This document shows, one piece after another, positions 1 to 11,595 of a DNA stretch of 64,000 nt. Below the pieces are notes generated by a model. The model saw only the letters and a list, made by a program, of their open reading frames with translations, did no database searches and was not told the origin of the DNA. The stretch is taken from NCBI GenBank assembly GCA_002269645.1, contig NIVC01000268.1:310001-374000 (forward strand), given 5' to 3'. Both the position numbers and the translations under genes were made by a program. Position 1 is the stretch's first letter, and each line of letters starts with the position of its first letter. The DNA comes from Macrostomum lignano. Its lineage: Eukaryota.

Positions 1-2194
1 GTCATTCGTGGAAAGATCATGCTTCAAGAGATTTGGCAGCACGGATGTGACTGGGACGAGCCGATCGATCCGGAGATGGCGGAGAAGGCATCCCAATGGA
101 TGAGCGAACTTTCAGTTCTTCAGCAAGTTGCTGTGCCGCGATGTCTGAATCCGCAAGATGCGTACGGAGCTGTAGTCTACTTCCGGGGCCACAATATTGA
201 TGAGGAAGTAACGGTGCGCTTTGTAGCGTCAAAGTCGAAGGTAGCCCCGCTATTGACTGTCAGCGTCCCGAGGCTTGAGTTGATGGCCGCAGTGCTCGGA
301 GTTCGGCTGACCAAGACGATCGCGGAGGCTCTGGACATGGACATTAGAGTAGCAACCCTTTGGACCGATAGTCAAAACGTCCTGTGGTGGATACAGAACC
401 GGAGTCGGGCGTTCAAGCCATTTGTTGCCAACCGAATCGCACAAATTCAGCAAGAGGTGAAGGTAAATCAGTGGAGATACGTGCCGACGAAGTTAAATCC
501 AGCAGATATTGTCTCCAGAGGATGCAGCGCTTCTGAGTTGCCGAATTTGCGACTGTGGTTCCAGGGACCAGAGTTCCTGCAGCAGAAGGAAGAATTTTGG
601 CCGGAGAGAAGGGTTCCATTAGTTCCGGAGGACGCAGAAGTTTCCAAGAAGCGTTAAGGGATGGTCGCCCTGGGTCCAAGTGAGCAGCGCCAGGAGCGGA
701 CATTCGTCGCGGAAGCGGAGACAATGGGAAAAAGATGGCGGTTAGACCCAACTCGATTCTCTGACTTTAGAAGGCTGCAGCGAGTCATGGCTTATGTTCT
801 GCGCTTCTTGAGGAACTGCCGGAAAAGTCCAGAGTTTCGAGAGATCGGCGAGTTGAAGGCGGACGAGTTGGAAGATGTAGAAGAGCGGCTTGTGAAATCC
901 GCACAGGATGAAGCGTTCACTCGACAAAGCTGCGGTGACAAGAAGCTGCAGTGCTTGCAGCCCGTTAGGGATCCGTCTGGAGTGCTGAGGGTCGACGGTC
1001 GTCTGAAGTTCGGTCAGCAGTTACCGTTTCAAGCGAGACACCCAGCGATTCTGCCGAGAAAGCACTGGATCACTAAGCTACTCATCAAGAAATTTCATGA
1101 AGAGCGAGCACATGGAGGCACAAACGATGTCTTGGCCGCAATTGCATCGAAGTATTGGATCATCGGAGCCAGAGAGGCGATTCGTCAGTGGGAGCTCGAT
1201 TGTGCGGTTTGCAGGAAACGGCGAGCACGTCCCGCAACTCAGCAGATGGCACCGCTGCCAGAAGCGCGCCTCGCTTTCTCGCTCAAGGCATTCACGCATG
1301 TGGCGGTCGACATGGGCGGTCCGTTCATCACCATTCAAGGACGAGGAAAGCGACGCCAGAAGCGCTACATAGCTCTGTTCACGTGCCTAGAGACACGCGC
1401 GGTGCATTTAGAGATGACCTTCGGGCTCGACACTGACTCGTTTTTGAATGGTTCTACCGCATGGTCAACCGTCGAGGTCTGCCAAAGATCATGCACTCAG
1501 ACAACGGCGGAAACTTCGTAAAAGGAGCAGAAGAGCTCAAGCAACTGGAAAGTGTGAACAAGACCAAATGGCAAGAGAAGACAGCAGTGCACGGAGTGAG
1601 ATAGAGCTTTCAGCCGCCGGCAGCACCACATTTTGGTGGAGCGCATGAAATAATGATCCGCGCAGCGAAGCGGGCACTGAGCGCGATCCTCGGGAACGCG
1701 GATGTTAACGATGAGGAGTTGCATTCAGCGATCACCGGTGCAGAGGCGCTCCTTAACTCGCGCCCAATCACGTACCAGACGGCCAACCCGATGGACGAGG
1801 CACCGTTAACGCCCAATCATTTTCTTCACGGACAAGCCGGAGGGCAGTTTGCACCGGATGTATCGGAAGAGGTAGCGATCAGTCCAAGAAAGCGCTGGCA
1901 ACGGGTACAGGAGCTTGTGACGCATGTGTGGCGGCGATGGATGCGAGAGTGGCTACCCGGCCTGCAACCGAGGTCAAAATGGCCGACCAACAGAGAAACC
2001 TGCAGGAAGATGACGCAGTGCTGGTGATCAAGCCCGACGCACCGCGAGGTCACTGGCCGCTAGGACGAGTGGTGTCGGTCTTCCCGGGTCAAGACGGTCG
2101 CGTGCGAGTAGCCAAGGTTCAAGTCGGTCAGGCTGTGCTGGTGCGGCCTGTGTCCAAGCTGTGTGTCATTGAGACATCAAGAACTGATGAGTAA
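1..2194 (+). mobile_element. BEL/Pao LTR retrotransposon pol, 3' part (RNase H/Pao peptidase, integrase, DUF5641-like tail), disrupted
   Basis: Motifs ASKSKVAP..SVPRLELMAA, LWTDSQNVLWWI, PFVANRI..IQ, VPTKLNPADIVSRG, zinc finger H..AHGG..C..C, VDMGGP, SDNGGNF (shifted frame), GGAHE, PLTPNHFL, RGHWPLGRV..RP..KLC. In-frame stop at 655-657, frameshifts near 1449, 1605 and 1995, and the LHxFxDAS segment appears deleted near 145. Confidence 0.92.
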
Positions 2195-2836
2195 CTGATT
2201 GTGACAGAGACTGTGACAGAAGACTGACTGTTTAACGCCAGTGGGCTTAGTAATTACTGTGTTTTGCTAGTTCGGACGTTCATAACATCCGTTTCATTTA
2301 CTTTTCTGCAATTTTTTGCTTATTTATTACTTATTTTGCTTTTCCTGTTGCAGGCTCATGCGATCTTTAGAAGTGTTTTTCTGACTAGTTTTGATTCTTT
2401 TTGCTGGTGAAGGTTTTTTCTTTCCAAATGAGTTGTTTCCGTTTTTATTTGCATTGCGTCGTTTTCTTTGTTCTTTGTTGAATTTTCATATTTTTCCGTT
2501 TACGTGTAATTTTGAGGCGTAGTGCTTTTCAAGTTAATCCGATCGTTATTTTTCGTGTTGATTGTTTAACAAAGAGCGAGCTTTGCTGCTCGTAGTTTTC
2601 AGCTCATTGCAGGCACGCGTCTCTTTGACATGCGCTCGTAATAATTATTGTAGTTGTTAGCCAACAGTCTTTGTTCTTTCGCACAAAGATCCTGCTGCGT
2701 TATGCGTTGTTATTTGCGCGTTTTTTGTCTTTTTTTTGGTGGAGGGCTCAGCACAATTAAGCTTGTTACATTATTCAATTTTCGGTTACTCGCAATATTG
2801 CTGCTTTTTCGATTTTTGTTGCTGACATCTTATGTC

Positions 2837-3115
2837 AGGAAGGGGGGAATGTTTAGGAGATGGCTTACATGTACTTTTCATTCATCTACGCGTAACATTC
2901 ATATCAGAAATTTTTGGTATACGTACGTTTCAGCCCCAGCCCCCATTTATAATGTTCAGTAGCACCCACCTCATTTAGTTAAAATTATTGCAATATATAT
3001 TTATCAGTCTCTCCAGAGAGAGTGCGCATGCTGGTTTTTTTTGTTCGTTTGGCTAGTAGCCGAAAAATAGTCGCTTACTGCGAAGACTCAATTTATTGCA
3101 TGAACCATCAAAACA
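2837..3115 (+). mobile_element. Polypurine tract plus putative 3' LTR of the BEL element (LTR 2850-3115)
   Basis: Purine run aggaaggggggaa (2837-2849) is followed directly by TGTTT at 2850. The segment ends AAACA at 3115 (5-bp inverted termini), exactly where LINE coding sequence starts. The 5' LTR is outside the window. Confidence 0.6.
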
Positions 3116-5632
3116 GTCACTGAAGACCTAATCGCTCGTGCGGTCAGAACCTTCAAACCCTTCAAATCTCCTGGACCTGATGGTATCTACCCTGTTCTCC
3201 CTCGTGAAGCAGCCAAGATACCCTCGTTCCTGAGACTCACCCGCAATCTTATGCGGGCCTCTATCCAGCTGGGATACGTTCCCAAATGCTGGACTGAAGC
3301 TCGGGTAGTCTTTATTCCCAAACCTGGGAAGGGTGACTACCAAAGCGTCAAGGCCTTCCGGCCTATTAGCTTAACGTCAGCAATGCTTAAGCTCACTGAG
3401 AGGCTTATTCTCTGGCGGCTGCTGTCCTGCGAGCTGACAGTGATGCCCCTCAGCAATAATCAGCACGCCTTCCGTACCGGGAGGTCGACTGACAGCGCCC
3501 TGCATGCGATTGTCGAAAAGATTGAACGGGCGGTACTGGGTGACGGTTACGCCCTGGCTCTCTTTCTTGACATTGTTGGCGCCTTCGACAACGTTATCTT
3601 TGAAGCGTTTCAGAGGGCCCTTCAAAATTGCAAAGCTCATGCTACCCTCATACGGTGGATCATGTACATGATCTCCAACCGTACGGTCACTGCCCAACTT
3701 CTTGGGCAAACTGCCTCCACCAGAGTCTGTAAGGGTGGACCCCAAGGCGGAGTCCTCACCCCGACGCTCTGGAACCTGGTCATGGACGCTCTTCTGAGTG
3801 ACTCCCGACCCGACCCCGTCTTCAAAGTCGGGTATGCTGATGACGTCACGGCCATTTTGGCAGGACCGTCTCCCAGCACGCTCAGGGATCTGATGCAGAG
3901 CTTTATCCGCAAAGCTGAATCCTGGGCCAATGACAATGGTCTGGAACTCTCTGAGCCCAAAACCGTTGCCATTATGTTTACCAGCAGACTACGCTGGAAC
4001 ATACGTCCTCTGCAGCTCTACGGCAGAGATATTGCCTTCGCGCACCAGACCAGATGTCTCGGGGTCACACTTGACCACCGGCTCAACTGGTCCTTCCACG
4101 TGAAAGCAAAAGCCAAGCGTGCCTCAGCCATCCTGGCCCAGCTCCGACGAGCACTTGGCACTTCTTGGGGTCTATCCCCAAAGCGGCTTTGGTGGATCTA
4201 TACTTCCGTAGTTAGACCTGCCATTACGTACGCCTCTGTTGTCTGGTTTAGCGCTACCCAGGTCAAAAGCCATGCAGACCTGCTCAACACGATCCAAGGC
4301 AGAGCGTGTAGGCTCATCTGCAACGCCACCAGGTCCACGCCCTTTGCTGGCATGGGGGCCTTCCTTAATCTACCGCCTCTTGACCTCTTCGTCAGGGGTG
4401 AGGCGGCTAGAACGACGCGGCGTCTAATTGATGCCGGCGTCAAATTCATTTACATGAGAGCGCCTGCTAAGCGGAACCTTGTCCCGCATAGCGACCTGTG
4501 CCTCAACTTTCTCAACGAGTGTCAGGCCAATCGCGTCTTCACCGATGGCATTGCCTCGACGCTCAACCTGAGACAGCGCTACTCCGTAGCTATCGACTCG
4601 CGCGATAACATCAATGACCAATGGAACCTTGGTGAGCTTCATTGCTACACCGACGGTTCTAAGCAGTCAGCCAACACCGGCTTTGGTGTTGGAATCTTTC
4701 TGAACGGGAGGGTCATCGCTACCCACGCTCAATACACTGGGGTCAACTCCAGTGTTTTCCAAAATGAAGTTCTGGCCATCAGCTCCTGCACTGCAGAGCT
4801 TCTTGCCACTGGCGTTACTGGTAAGAACATCATTTTCCATTCGGACAGCCAAGCTGCCTTGCACGCCATCAGTGGCTGCAGCACCAACTCTGCTACAGTC
4901 CTCGACTGTATCAAACTCCTCAACGTGTTGGGTTACGCCAACAAAATTACCCTTAAGTGGGTTCCGGGGATGTGGGGATCCGAGGAAATGAGTTGGCTGA
5001 CACTCTTGCAAAAGTTGGTGCCTCCGGCTCCTCTCTCGGCCCCGAACCTCTTGTCCCGATTCCTGGCTGTGTCATCGACTCGCGCATCAAAGCGTGGATC
5101 AGGACTCAGAACCGCTCGACTTGGGCGAACCGCACGAACTGCAGGCAATCCAGAGGCGCTGTCCCTCAGCCCTCTCACCAGCTCCGGAAGCTCCTCTTGC
5201 GCCTCTCGCGCAGAGACATCCGGGCTGCCACCATGACCCTCTCTGGTCACGGCTGCTTCTCCAGGCACCAGTACCTGCAGGGCAACGCCACCAACGCCAC
5301 CTGTAGCTTCTGCAACTCAGGGGACGAAACCGCTTCACGCGGGCCAGACTCACTTACCTCGGGCCACACACATCTATTACTGAAGCGTGCAAACCCGAAA
5401 ACTTTAATCAGCTCATGCGCTACCTTCGGGCCACACGCAGGGCTGAACTCTCCTTTCCAGAGAGCACTATAGCTGCTGGCGACACTGGGGGACCTCCCTG
5501 GGCGGCGCCAACCCTCCGTCCATAGCGACGCGTCGGCCGTTCAGGGACTAGCGGAATGGGCGCCCGCGCCTTCCCGCTGTGTCCCCTCCGGGACAGCCCT
5601 GCAGCTAAGTCAAAGTAAGTCAAGTAGGTCAG
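3116..5632 (+). mobile_element. Non-LTR retrotransposon, LOA/R1-like, RT plus RNase H; 5' part missing in this window
   Basis: The frame is open from 3116 (FKPFKSPGPDGIYP), then [59 protein letters not shown], RNase H YTDGS..SVFQNEV..SDSQAAL..WVPG. There is a 1-bp frameshift at about 4970 in PGHVGIRGNELAD, a C-terminal GH..HQ..C.FC zinc-knuckle remnant, and a 3' (c)aagt repeat tail at 5607-5632. Confidence 0.9.
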
Positions 5633-6260
5633 ATTGATCCGCATACTAGAGAGTGCTTGATATTAAGCTTAAACTCGCTGTCATTGTTGGCTTGGGTTCG
5701 CTGTTGGCATGCCATCCAAATGCTGTCGTTGCCGTTCCGATAGAAGTTCTCCAAAAATTTTCTTGAATTTTTGTAGGCCTGTTGTGATGTCAGAGAGCAG
5801 AGATGCCAGCTGTGATGCGCTGAGATCATGCTGACCGAGTACTTCTTGTACTGGGCCGACCCAGTAGATCAGGTGCGACTCCGTCTTGCCGTACGTTTGA
5901 TGCTGCGTCGCTTTTGGCAGTGGTCCCGTCCTGGCGCACAATGATGAACATATAGCGCTCGCCGGGGACCGCAACGCGTTTTGACAGCTGTAATCGACCG
6001 GGCTTTTGAACTTTACTCTCGTAGAGCATCTTGGTGACAGCTGTCTTTGTTGGGGCATCTCAGTGCGCCACGGTCGGTGCCACCTGGGTTTAGTGCTGTA
6101 CGTTGCATCATCCTCCGCCTCAGCCTGCGTTGGCACATTGCTGCTGTCGCTGCTATGGGCTGCCAGCACTTAATTAGCTTGCACTCTTATTTACGGCTGC
6201 CTCTCGTGTATCATCTCTTCTCTCACCTCTATCTGTACTCTCCTAGCGATTTATATCATC

Positions 6261-6339
6261 TGATGGGTTTCGACCTTTCAGGCCCCTTGTGAGGAAGCCT
6301 TCGGGCCTCAGGCCTCAGAAAAAAATAAATTAGAGTCCT
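6261..6339. repeat. 79-bp direct repeat, copy 1 (LTR U5 end)
   Basis: tgatgggtttcgacctttcagg...agagtcct; 3 mismatches to the copy at 11517-11595. Confidence 0.95.
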
Positions 6340-6377
6340 CAGATGTAGATGGCTCGTTCTCAGTCCTGCCGACAGAG

Positions 6378-6824
6378 GTGGTGGCCCATGGGGACGGCCA
6401 GCTGACCCTCCGGCCCCGCGCCGGGACTGCCGCTCCGCCTCTAATCGAGGCCACCTTTGCTGACCGGGGCGCGACTGGACTCGCCCGGAGTGGGGGAGGT
6501 CGCAGCCGTGGTCGCGGCCGAGATCGGAGCACGACCAGCAGCAGCGGCACCCGCCCGACTACCGTGGGCACTTCTACCCCCATCGGGCACTACAGTGCTA
6601 GCACACCGGCAGCCTCATCCATTCCCGCCTTGGACTCTATTCAAGAGGAGCCCTCAAGTGCTCCTTCCGGCTCGCAACCTGTGGCGCCCGCAGCAGCCGA
6701 TCTCTCGGTGCGGCTGCAGCAACACGCCAGCGCCCTGCAGGCCTCTCACCATGGCTGCCCCGAGCACGACCGCACCGTCGAGCTGTTGATGCAGGCGGCC
6801 GCCCAGCTTAGCGGTGCCAACTAA
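6378..6824 (+). CDS. Unknown 148-aa low-complexity ORF, antisense to gag, in the 3' terminal region of the element
   Basis: GC-rich open frame, Ser/Ala/Arg/Gly-rich with a helical-looking C-terminus, and AATAAA at about 6886. It begins at GTG and no family is recognised. Confidence 0.3.
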   Translation: MVAHGDGQLTLRPRAGTAAPPLIEATFADRGATGLARSGGGRSRGRGRDRSTTSSSGTRPTTVGTSTPIGHYSASTPAASSIPALDSIQEEPSSAPSGSQPVAPAAADLSVRLQQHASALQASHHGCPEHDRTVELLMQAAAQLSGAN

Positions 6825-7189
6825 CTCTATTCATGCGACTAAAGCTTTCTGTCACTGGCTACACCATTTCTCTCCTTCATTTGCCAATAAAACCATTATT
6901 GTATTAATTACTTCTAATGCCTATTCTCATTATATGGCCACTGCACCAATCTATAGTGTCTGTCCCTACTAATTCCATTGTTCATCTTTAAATATACTAA
7001 TTCAACATTTACTGTTTGATTTATAATTTGTTCTAAAAACTTCCAGTTTTTTCCCTCTTAACTGATTTCATCTATTCCCTCTATATATCCAACCTGTCAT
7101 AATACTTTTACGAAATACAACGGATCTAATAGAGGATGAGCAAGGGGAAAAGCGAATCGGGGCCTCGACCTTCAGAGTTCTCAAGGAAG

Positions 7190-7684
7190 TCAACAAAATG
7201 GGAGCATTTGCCCCAATACTAGCAAATTTCTAGTGTGATAATCCAACACAGCAGGGGCTGCTGCGAGGAAAGAGTTGCCCAACAGAGGCCTCGTGTCGGG
7301 ATCACTGGCAATCAGAAACATGACAGGCATGGTCTCACTGCCTAGGGTGACTGTCAGCTTAGATTGTCCCACAATCTCCAGTCTATGCCCGCTATAGGAG
7401 TAGATGGAGACTGTAGGGGCCTCCAACCTGTTCATATCATCGTTAGTGGCCGCCACGAAGTCTCTGAAGGGTAGGATAGAAACTGCCGACCCAGAATCGA
7501 TTAGGATTCGGATTGGCAATCTCTCTACTTGAACTTTTACGTAAACATCAGCTCGAGAGCTTCTTAATGTTGCAGACTTCCTAGGAACAATGAAATCGGG
7601 TACAAGGTTCACTTTCCTTTTGCCACCATTTGCTAAATTTGCCCTTGAAAGTCCAGAAGAGGGGTGAGTGTGGGCGCCACCCAT
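7190..7684 (-). CDS. Retroviral-type aspartic protease
   Basis: ILIDSGSAVSIL catalytic motif, SYSGHRLEIVG flap, and PLLGNSFL C-terminal motif. It is in a different frame from gag and ends in a stop with no RT after it. Confidence 0.85.
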   Translation of the reverse strand: MGGAHTHPSSGLSRANLANGGKRKVNLVPDFIVPRKSATLRSSRADVYVKVQVERLPIRILIDSGSAVSILPFRDFVAATNDDMNRLEAPTVSIYSYSGHRLEIVGQSKLTVTLGSETMPVMFLIASDPDTRPLLGNSFLAAAPAVLDYHTRNLLVLGQMLPFC

Positions 7685-7692
7685 CCCTATTC

Positions 7693-9011
7693 TCAGTTTT
7701 CCGACCCGGACGGGAGATAGAAAGAGGGCCGCTGTGTCTGTGCTCCAGGCGCCGGGGTTGGCGGGGGCCTCAAATTCTCTTCTCCCATACTGCTCTCTCC
7801 CTGGGTAGGAACATGCAGGGGAGGCGGGCGCGCGCGTGCACTGTTGCGCAACTGCGGGGGCCGGTAAACCTTAGTTTTTTCAGTCTGCTTGGCCGAGTCA
7901 CCATAAATCGCGTTCTGCCTCAATAGTGCGGGCTTCGCTGACAGATTTTGAGACGAGGGGGGCGGGGACTTGCCCTCAGGCGGGTAGTTGGCTCGCTCAG
8001 TATCTTCTACCACGGTGAGGTCTCCCTCCCACTGATCTGAGTGGCTTATCATCGCCTGATCAATCCTCTCCGCAACCTGGCTCATAGCGCCGTAAATCTT
8101 GCCGACGGTTTCATCTAGGCTGTTTTGACGCTGCTGTAAATCTGCCAGTGCCTCTTCTACTTCCCTTCCTTCCTCTGACTCTAGCATGCGGACCCACCTG
8201 CGTTGATATTCTCTGTCGCTGGGGCGATTCTGATCTCTGTTCCTATCGTCCCTACGCTGGTCATATCTAAGCTGGTCTCGCGTTAAGCGCCGGGAAATCT
8301 CATCTGCCTCTTGGAGATTCTGCTGTGCTGCCAGCACTTCATCAATGCTGCGAAACTGTTGCCCTAGCAGCGACTTGCGCACATCTGGGGCGATGTCAGC
8401 TGTTTCCAAGTAGGCAAAGATCACCTCCGACTCTAACTGTCTAGGACTCATGTCGGGGTAAGCAGAAGCTATCACACTACGCACCATGGCCGAATAGGCG
8501 TGGTGATTCTGGCCTGCCTTCCGTTTTAGATTCCGGACCTTGTTCCTCTTCGCTAGTTCTGAGCTCTGAGTCCTCAAAGTCAAGGCCAGGATGGAGGGCA
8601 ATAGCAAGACTCTGCAGATCTGGGGGGGGGGAGCGAGATTACTGTGCTCTTCTTCTGCTCTCTGTCCCTAATCTCTTCAGATCTGAGTTTGTATTTGACT
8701 CTGTCAACCCACTGGGGGAAGCAGGATTCTGCTGGGTTGAATTTCTCAACGCTAATCTTGACACTCTGTGTCTCTCTGCCCAATCCGATAGCTGCAAGGG
8801 CTTGCGCTAATTGGGCTGCCATGTCGGCGGCTTGGGGTTGAGGTGGGGCTCTCTGCGGGGACGACCCGCACTCCGATCGCTCGGGGGAGCCTGAGCCCTG
8901 GGACGAAAAATCGCAGGCGGCTGCAGCGGCGGCTGCTGATCCGTTCCTATTCCCTCTACCTCTTCTGCCTCTACCTCCTGACTTACTGGTACTGGAATTA
9001 CATGTTTCCAT
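7693..9011 (-). CDS. Gag-like capsid protein split by one frameshift in a homopolymer run
   Basis: ATG at 9011 (METCNSS), VEKFNP..FPQWVDRVKYKL, then a frame change at the G10 run (8622-8631) into LRNKVRNLKRKAGQ..YSAMVRSVIASAYP. Coiled-coil and Pro-rich tail; no CCHC knuckle. Confidence 0.7.
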
Positions 9012-11496
9012 AGTTCGGGCACAACACCAGTTGCCGGGACAGAACTAAAGGATGAAAATCTGAACCGGGCGGAAAAAATGAATGAATTGGCTACCAGCCG
9101 AAATTGGGTGTCTGCTTCAAAGCAAGACAATAGCAATGAATCGAATCGAATGGGGGGAAGGGGGGAGATTGTGCAAAAAGCCTAACTGGGAATGGGGGTT
9201 GAGCGCCGCGAATGGGGGAGCTCAAGACAAAAGCAATAAATTACAAGCAAAAATAAGCAAAAAGCAAAAAACACGCAAATAAGCAAAAGATACGCGATCT
9301 ATATACAAAAAGCGTACAATACGAGCGCGGGGCTTGCGATTATGATCGCAAGCACAGCACAAAAATGAAAAAATACGCAAAAACCAACACGGCGGAAACT
9401 TCACTGATTCCACTCACACTGCAGTCACACTTGACTTTCAGTTTTTTCACACCTAAAATCCTCCTGTCTCTGTCTTGAATCCGATCTCGGATTTTCTCGA
9501 ATTGCTGCTTTTAAACTCACTGATTCTCAACTGGGCTGAGGCCACAGCTTTCCGCAGGCTACTACAGTCTCAGTCTCTCTTTCTCTCTGAGCGGCTCTTT
9601 TTGCTTCCGAATAATTTTGATGGGCTAGCAAATCATGGAGGGTCTCTTCAGTCCTAATTAACCTAAATTGCAGGCGCCAATATGTGGGCACCTCATGTGT
9701 ATTAGAGCTCTCCTGCGTGGTATCGCCACTAGGAAACCGTCCGGGTGCTGCTACGGCTAGACAGATTCACAATCCCCATCAAGGCTGATCTTTTAGCGGA
9801 ACTTGGACGTCTGACCCAGCGCGCCCAGTGGCCCCTCTGTGTAGCTTTCGTCAGCATTGACCGGTGAGGGCGGATTACACCTAATAAACGATACTCGCGA
9901 ACAGATAGATAATACACAAGGAGTTAAGCAGGTCCGTAGTGTAGTGTTCACTCCGCAACAAAACCTTTTGGCACGGTCCCTAAGAATTTTGATCATAGAA
10001 AAAGCTACGGGCAGCAGGAAAGTTTGTCAAATTTTATGACCCTACGTTATCGGGTCGGGTATTTTTATAGCGGCGAACCACAGAAGACATCTGTGTCTTG
10101 AGTCAGTAGAGTCTGTCCAGACAAAGCTGCGCTCCCCTCCTCTTGCCATCATAAAAATGAATAGCCACGGCGTTTTCTGCTCTCTGCAGAATCGTTAACC
10201 AGAGCTGTAGCTGGAATTCGCACATACTACCATGGCACCGTGTGGGTAATTCTCTCCGCTTTCCTTACTGTATTTACATTAGATACCCCCTCCAATTCTA
10301 AGAAAGAACCGAAAGGGCAAAAGCAAACTTCCAAACCCTGAATTCCGCAACCAGGAAAAATTACTTGTGCACTGGCAAACTGTACTACTGAAAGTAATAC
10401 CTACACACTTTCCAGACTCCTAGGCTAAGCAGATGGTAAATGTACGAACTTAAAGTAACTTCAGACCTCACAATTCTGTACCCAAACCCAAAGTAGCGTG
10501 GCTGTTCCCGCGTTCCGGTAGCCATCAACCCCAGACATATTTTTCAGGACATGGATGTCTGACACAGGAAACCATCCAGAGGCCCAACGGCACAGCACTT
10601 GCCATTGTTAGCCGGAATACCGAGAATTGCGGTGGGAATTTGAGCTCTCCGTTGCCACTTAAAGCGATTTATACCACCAAAGCCCGAATAGCGGACAACA
10701 ATTCGTGAGAAGCACTCAGATAGCACCCCGATTTAAATCGAAATGATACTATGATCACACAGTACGCTAATCCGACTGTCCCGTACAAATCTGCTCCAGA
10801 GTATAACCTTTGAACCCAAAACCCGTGAGGCCCTGCGTATGAAACCAAGGCTTCGCACATCCAAAAAGCTGCCTGATTCTAGATTTAGCAAACAAGACAA
10901 AAACTACGAGCGCTGTCAGCATTCTATAATGAACGTTTTGGCCGAGGAAGCATTACCATTCGGATAATGGCCTCTTGTCTACACGACAAAAATTAATAGC
11001 TTAATTTCGAGTGATCAGTTCGAAACTTTTCTGTTTAGCAAAAGTACAAGAACTATCCTAAGTCTCTATTTTCCGCATAATTAGCTGGCTGAAATCAAAA
11101 CTGGAGAACTAAGCAGAGAGCCTAGATAACTTATCCAGCTGAGAGAGTTATATGTGCGGGGTTGATTTTTTTATATGCTCTGGCTTTTTGAATTTTTATA
11201 ATTTTTTTGGTTGCTTTTTTGGAATAGGCATGCATTTAATGGTAAGCAGTTCATACTAGTAATTTTTTTGGTTCCAGTAGCATAATTTTTTTTGTGCATT
11301 TTTGGACTCTCATAATTCAGACTTGAAAAGCTATCGTAACTGACTACTTACAGTAATCTAATAGAAACCTAAAATTCCCAATTTTGAAATCTAAACGGCG
11401 CAGCTCGATTTTATTATTCTGTCACACTTCGCCATTTACCAGCCGTCACTACCGGTGAGCACTTTACCACTTCCTACCGGCTAGTGTTTACCAAAC

Positions 11497-11514
11497 ATCC
11501 CACCGCTGCCACCA
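11497..11514 (-). promoter_or_regulatory. Primer binding site, tRNA-Leu
   Basis: The + strand reads atcccaccgctgccacca, the 3' end of animal tRNA-Leu(AAG/UAG) plus CCA. Confidence 0.9.
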
Positions 11515-11516
11515 TT

Positions 11517-11595
11517 TGATGGGTTTCGACCTTTCAGGCCCCTTGTGAGGAAGCCTTCGGGCCTCAGGTCTCAGAAATAAATCAATTAGAGTCCT
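11517..11595. repeat. 79-bp direct repeat, copy 2 (5' LTR U5 end next to the PBS)
   Basis: Matches 6261-6339 with 3 mismatches. Confidence 0.95.

Noticed and set aside
6261-6320. Hammerhead ribozyme in the 79-bp repeat (minus strand ctgaaaggtcgaaac)
   Set aside because: The core is not CUGANGA and no stem II or stem III can be formed.
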